Source: Thermoplasmata archaeon
Lineage (GTDB): Archaea > Thermoplasmatota > Thermoplasmata > Thermoplasmatales > GCA-001856825
DNA length: 64,000 nucleotides
NCBI GenBank assembly: GCA_021792255.1
Contig: JAJYUZ010000002.1
Coordinates: 288,001-352,000, forward strand
Direction of reading: 5' to 3'
Shown: positions 59,461-64,000 of the stretch, one piece after another
Position numbering within the stretch: the stretch's first letter is position 1
Layout of the letters: each line of letters begins with the position of its first letter
Program-made: the position numbers and the translations under genes
Notes under the pieces: generated by a model
The model's database searches: none
Told to the model about the DNA's origin: nothing
The model's input: the letters and a program-made list of their open reading frames with translations, nothing else

Positions 59461-60192
59461 ATGGACGAGTATAACCTGTTCCTCCTAGTACTGATTCCGG
59501 TCCTTTTTGTAATGGGGCTGAGAATCAAAGCATTCAGCAAAGAGGGTGCGATAGCTTCAGCAGTAATAGGTTCTTTGATCATCATAGGAGGCGGATGGCT
59601 TTACTTCGTGATGCTCTTCTTGTTTCTTGGTCTCTCGTACATCTCCACCCTAGCCGGATTCGAAAAGAAGAGGTCTTGGAGTCTACAAGAAGGGCTTAAG
59701 GGAGAGAGAGGGGCCAGAAATGTGCTAGCAGCTGGAGCTATTCCGGCGGCAATCTCTCTGATGAGTTTTTGGAATTTTAACCCGAACCTAGTCTTCTTCC
59801 TATATGTCGTGGCTCTTGGCACAATACTGTCGGATACAGCGGCTTCAGAAATAGGTTCCCTCGACGAAAATACATACATGATATTGACTTTGAAACCAGC
59901 AGAGACTGGAATTAATGGGGGAGTTTCAATCCTCGGAACTGCAGTATCCTTTGTTTTTCCGGTGGTTTTCTCTTTGCTTGGTTTCATAATATACGGAGTT
60001 CTAGGTTCAATTCCTCTCGGCTCTCTGTTAGATCTCATATTCTTTTCTGGATTTCTGGCCTTCATCGGATGCGTGTTCGACTCGGTGCTAGGGGAAACTC
60101 TAGAAAACAGGGGATTTCTGACGAAGTACTCGGTAAACTTTTCATCAGCCCTTTTTGCAACAATAATTGCTGTCCTGGTATTTCTTCGATAA
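59461..60192 (+). CDS. DUF92/TMEM19 family membrane protein
   Basis: RGARNVLA, SDTAASEIG, G.NGGVS.LGT, DSVLG..LE. Confidence 0.88.
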   Translation: MDEYNLFLLVLIPVLFVMGLRIKAFSKEGAIASAVIGSLIIIGGGWLYFVMLFLFLGLSYISTLAGFEKKRSWSLQEGLKGERGARNVLAAGAIPAAISLMSFWNFNPNLVFFLYVVALGTILSDTAASEIGSLDENTYMILTLKPAETGINGGVSILGTAVSFVFPVVFSLLGFIIYGVLGSIPLGSLLDLIFFSGFLAFIGCVFDSVLGETLENRGFLTKYSVNFSSALFATIIAVLVFLR

Positions 60193-60222
60193 ATTTATTT
60201 TATATAAAACGAATCTCAAAAG

Positions 60223-61437
60223 ATGAAGATTCTTCTGATAATTGCCGATGGTCTCGGAGATAGGCCCTTTGAATCGCTTGGTTGGAAAACACCACTGGAA
60301 GCTGCTCACAAACCAAATCTCAACACGCTAGCAAAGGAGGGTATGATCGGTTTGATCGATCCAATAAAACCAGGCATAATTCCGGGATCGGATACCTCAC
60401 ACTTGAATTACTTGGGTTACGATCCGTTCAAATACTACACTGGAAGAGGACCGTTTGAGGCAATGGGCACGGGTCTAACTCTAAGAGGAGGAGATGTTGC
60501 ATTCAGGGCGAATTTCGCTACAGTCGATGAGAAAGGAGTGGTGATAGACAGAAGAGCCGGCAGGATCAGGGAAGGAACTCCGGAGCTTTCCAAACCACTG
60601 AATATGAAGATTGAGGACGTCGAGATACTGTTCAAGGAAGGTACAGAGCACAGAGCAGCGCTTGTCCTTCGGGGACAAGGAATCACGACCAACGTCACCG
60701 ACAACGATCCGCACGCAGAGAATCTGAGACCTAAAGAAATCGTAGCGACATCGAATGATGGAAAAAAGACCGCAAGGATTCTAAATGAATTTTATAACCG
60801 CTCTCTCGACATACTGAAGAGTCAACGTGTTAACGCGGACAGGAAGAAAGCTGGCTTAAAAGAAGCGAACGCGATACTGTACAGAGGAGGAGGAGTCGTC
60901 CCTGCTCTACCGAACTTCAGTGACAGACACTCCATGAGTGGAGGGTACATTGCAGGAGTCGCACTTGTGGCAGGAATTTGTAAGCTGATAGGATTAAAGG
61001 ACTTCACGCCAAAAGGAGTGACCGGATCTACAGACACGAACGTCTTGGGGAAATTTTCAGCCGCTGTGCAGGCGCTTGAGGAAGTCGACTTTGTCTTGGT
61101 AAACGTCAAAGGAACAGATGTTGCAGGACACGATGGAAACGGTATAGTCAAGAAAGAATTCATAGAAAAAATAGACAAGGTACTCGGAGAGACTATCATG
61201 AAAATAAGGAGTGATATCTTAATATGTTTCACGGGGGACCACTCTACCCCCGCAAGCGTAAAGGAGCACACTTCCGATCCAGTTCCAATTCTCCTTCACT
61301 ACCCTGGATGCAGGAGAGATGGCGTGGGAGAGTTTGACGAAATCAAGGCAAAGGATGGATACCTAAGGCTAAGAGGAAGTGATCTCATGAACGTTCTATT
61401 GAGTTCTGCAAACAGGTCAGAAAAATATGGAGCTTAA
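60223..61437 (+). CDS. apgM: 2,3-bisphosphoglycerate-independent phosphoglycerate mutase (archaeal)
   Basis: DGLGDRP, TPLEAA, PGSDTSHL, YTGRGPFEA, D.AGHDG, GDHSTP. Confidence 0.94.
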   Translation: MKILLIIADGLGDRPFESLGWKTPLEAAHKPNLNTLAKEGMIGLIDPIKPGIIPGSDTSHLNYLGYDPFKYYTGRGPFEAMGTGLTLRGGDVAFRANFATVDEKGVVIDRRAGRIREGTPELSKPLNMKIEDVEILFKEGTEHRAALVLRGQGITTNVTDNDPHAENLRPKEIVATSNDGKKTARILNEFYNRSLDILKSQRVNADRKKAGLKEANAILYRGGGVVPALPNFSDRHSMSGGYIAGVALVAGICKLIGLKDFTPKGVTGSTDTNVLGKFSAAVQALEEVDFVLVNVKGTDVAGHDGNGIVKKEFIEKIDKVLGETIMKIRSDILICFTGDHSTPASVKEHTSDPVPILLHYPGCRRDGVGEFDEIKAKDGYLRLRGSDLMNVLLSSANRSEKYGA

Positions 61438-62105
61438 GAGATAGTCTCCTCCAACATCTTCTTGATCTCTTCGTCTCTGCTCTCTACTTTAAGCAGCAGA
61501 TCTCTCGCCTTTTCCTTTTCACCAGAATTGAGATAAATTCTGGACAGTATGATTATGGCATTCCTGTCCCTCTGATCTATCTTCAGGGATACTTCGCAGG
61601 ATTCCTTGGCGTCATTTATTCTCTGGAGCTTCATCAGACTCTCCGCTCTCTGATTCCAGTAGTATGGGTTCCTGTTTTCCATCTTGATTGCTAGGTCAAC
61701 AGAAGCTAACGCTTCGACATATCTGGACATCGAAAACAAGAGGCGCGACTTGTCATAATAATAGACGGCTTTCTTCAACAGATTGATTGCCTTGTTGATG
61801 TAAGTTAGCGCTTCATCTTTGTTGGAGTCAAAGTTCGAAAGGAACATTCGCCGGTAGGCATCGGGATTTGTAGGGTAATCTTCGAGAAGCATCTTTTGAT
61901 AAGGAACCGAGTCTTTACTTTGTTTTTCCAGGACATCTATCAGCAATATGATGGCCTCTATGTTCTTCTTAATTTCTATAGATTTTCTTGCATGTTTCTC
62001 TGCTTCCTCGAAGTATCCATCTTCAGAAAGCTCTACTGCAGCCATGTACTCGTCTGTACTCTTTGCGAGAGATGGGAGCACCCTATCTTCGCTCATGATT
62101 GACAA
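61434..62105 (-). CDS. TPR repeat protein
   Basis: Repeated helical TPR-like units (EAL..I.KAI.L, YW..RA..L..L). Confidence 0.75.
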   Translation of the reverse strand: MSIMSEDRVLPSLAKSTDEYMAAVELSEDGYFEEAEKHARKSIEIKKNIEAIILLIDVLEKQSKDSVPYQKMLLEDYPTNPDAYRRMFLSNFDSNKDEALTYINKAINLLKKAVYYYDKSRLLFSMSRYVEALASVDLAIKMENRNPYYWNQRAESLMKLQRINDAKESCEVSLKIDQRDRNAIIILSRIYLNSGEKEKARDLLLKVESRDEEIKKMLEETIS

Positions 62106-62178
62106 TTAAATTACGACAATTTAACATTTCTGCTAGAAACTAAATAAAAGTAATAATACCAATCACTATATTCTTCCC

Positions 62179-63150
62179 ATGAAGGTCCAGTTGATCGGTT
62201 TGGGTTCAATTGGAAAAAATTTGTTGAGACTTATAGGTCAGAAAGGAAACAGCATAAGGCAGACGATTGGAGAGAATATTGAGGTCGTTTCAGTAAGTGA
62301 CACGACAGGTACGGTCATCACGGACGGAATGCCGCTGACTAGTATCATTCAGGCAAAGGAAGGGGGAGGGCTTAAAACTCTTGATTCTTTTGAGAAAATT
62401 AGTGCAAAGAGTGCTATTGCGGACCTCGAATCCGATATCGTAGTGGAAATTACCCAGAGTACGAAGGATGGGGAACCTGGAATAGCACACATCGTGACCG
62501 CCCTAGAAAACGAGAAGAATGTTGTCACGGCCAACAAGAGTACGTTGGTTTCAGGCGTAGACCTCTTTAAAATGGTAAAGGAAATGAAAAGATCCCTAAG
62601 GTACGAAGCAACCGTTTGTGGAGGTCTTCCAGTGTTCAATCTGATGGATTACTGCATGAAACCAGCTAAGATAATTTCGGTCGATGGAATTTTCAACGCT
62701 ACGAGCACTTTTGTGATTTCTCAGATGGAGAGAGGGAAGAGTCAGTCACTGGCAAGGGCCGAGGCAATCAAACGGGGGTTATCAGAAAAAGACCAAAGAG
62801 ACGATCTTGCAGGGATCGACTCGGCAAGGAAGGGTACAATTCTTCACAGGAGGATATTCGGATCCTCCCTGGTTTTGAAAGATGCGACTATTTCTGCAAG
62901 AGAGAGTGAAATCTCCGTTGGCTTGAGACAAATCACAGAAGTGACGTCAAGTGGTGTCAAGGTCGGATATGAGAAAATAGATGGAAAGAGCATCTATTCA
63001 AATGCTGTCGGGCCATCCATGATCATAAGATTCAACACGGACATAATGGATCATCTCACGTTATATACCGACCACGATGGTCCACTGGAATCAGCAGCAA
63101 CAGTATTAAATGACATAATACTGTCGAGGTCAGAAAAGGTAGGCCAATGA
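62179..63150 (+). CDS. hom: Homoserine dehydrogenase
   Basis: IGLGSIG, VVTANK, YEATVCGGLP, GIFNATS, D..GIDSARK. Confidence 0.88.
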   Translation: MKVQLIGLGSIGKNLLRLIGQKGNSIRQTIGENIEVVSVSDTTGTVITDGMPLTSIIQAKEGGGLKTLDSFEKISAKSAIADLESDIVVEITQSTKDGEPGIAHIVTALENEKNVVTANKSTLVSGVDLFKMVKEMKRSLRYEATVCGGLPVFNLMDYCMKPAKIISVDGIFNATSTFVISQMERGKSQSLARAEAIKRGLSEKDQRDDLAGIDSARKGTILHRRIFGSSLVLKDATISARESEISVGLRQITEVTSSGVKVGYEKIDGKSIYSNAVGPSMIIRFNTDIMDHLTLYTDHDGPLESAATVLNDIILSRSEKVGQ

Positions 63151-64000
63151 ACAAGGGATATGTCGCGTTAGTAGCAGTCCTCTCAGTGCTCTGGGGGGTC
63201 ATGATGGTAATAGATTTAGTGATGTCTATCCTTCTATTTAAGCCGAATTTTTCTGATTTTCTGAACACCTTGTTCCCTCTCTTCATAATAGTACCAGTAC
63301 CGCTTCTTTTGGTTTATCTTCCAGGCACTTTTACTGCAATCTGGCTCGGAGTCGTAGTCGTTGTGGTGATCGTCTTCTTCACTTTTGCCATCTATAAATC
63401 ATCAATGAAGTTCGAGAACTCTTCTCTGTACAGACTCGGAGAATTCTTTGCACTCAATTATTTTCTCTCCATTGTCTACATCGAGCTAATCGCTTTGGCG
63501 GGCTATCCTATTGTCAGTCCTATCACTAATACTACTCCATTTTATCTGAATTTTATCACCATTACAAATGCTGGTCTGTACGAAGAGCTCATTTCTAGAG
63601 TGTTGTACATCGGTATTCCTCTTTTTGTTTACTACGCCTGGAGTGCCCACGGAAAAAAGTCCCATTCCAGGCCAAACAAACTTCCGCTGTACAGAATGAT
63701 CTGGGGGGGCGGTTACAAGTTTGGGAAACCAGAAATCACGTTACTAATAATTTCGTCAATCATTTTCGGATTTGCTCACGTCACGTCATGGGATATCTCG
63801 AAGGTGCCACAGGCAGCCCTGGGGGGGTTATTACTTGGAGTACTGTACCTGAGGTTTGGACTGTATGCAGATGTGTTATTGCACTTCTCCATCGACTCTC
63901 CATCCCTCTTATTGCCGCTTGGCACGGGAGATCCACTGGCTTCAGGATATACCAACTCCTTCATCAACGCAGCTATCATAATTGCGGTCGTAGCAGGGGC
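63147..64000 (+). CDS. CPBP (CAAX protease/Abi) intramembrane metalloprotease, truncated by window end
   Basis: Manual translation from ATG 63147: multi-TM, AGLYEELISR, SSIIFGFAH, VLLHF. Confidence 0.85.
   Translation, partial: MNKGYVALVAVLSVLWGVMMVIDLVMSILLFKPNFSDFLNTLFPLFIIVPVPLLLVYLPGTFTAIWLGVVVVVVIVFFTFAIYKSSMKFENSSLYRLGEFFALNYFLSIVYIELIALAGYPIVSPITNTTPFYLNFITITNAGLYEELISRVLYIGIPLFVYYAWSAHGKKSHSRPNKLPLYRMIWGGGYKFGKPEITLLIISSIIFGFAHVTSWDISKVPQAALGGLLLGVLYLRFGLYADVLLHFSIDSPSLLLPLGTGDPLASGYTNSFINAAIIIAVVAG

Noticed and set aside
59008-59585. Minus-strand ORFs 59008-59304 and 59298-59585
   Set aside because: They overlap kptA or the DUF92 gene and have no recognisable features
1-64000. CRISPR array, rRNA, integrase or defence system
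   Set aside because: No regularly spaced short repeats, rRNA-like tracts, or recognisable cas/integrase/restriction genes were seen

Overview
Chromosomal window (about 44% GC) from an archaeon, most plausibly a Thermoplasmatales-like acidophile. Archaeal markers include Rpp21, L40e, class V FBP aldolase/phosphatase, archaeal PheRS-alpha and an ADP-forming acyl-CoA synthetase. Most of it is housekeeping: glnA, proS, pheS, cysS, purM, pyrC, coaBC, pncAB, apgM, hom, kptA and four tRNAs (Val-TAC, Thr-TGT, Ser-CGA, Ala-TGC). Six things stand out. (1) An Fe-S hub where sufCBDSU is divergent from a SufR-like regulator and queE. SufB and QueE each carry an intein; the QueE one is a 138-aa mini-intein that starts with Thr and splits the radical-SAM CxxxCxxC motif. 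(2) A phosphate-uptake hub with a 1017-aa PstS made of three intact 329-aa binding domains, divergent from a Pho84-like symporter. (3) A small island after tRNA-Val with two back-to-back IS630 remnants, a G1 glutamic-peptidase-like secreted protein and a decayed IS5. (4) A pyroglutamyl-peptidase homolog with both catalytic Cys and His replaced. (5) A stand-alone ThrRS editing domain with altered specificity residues. (6) kptA, whose stop codon lies inside tRNA-Ala. All calls come from motif recognition by eye; no database searches were run.
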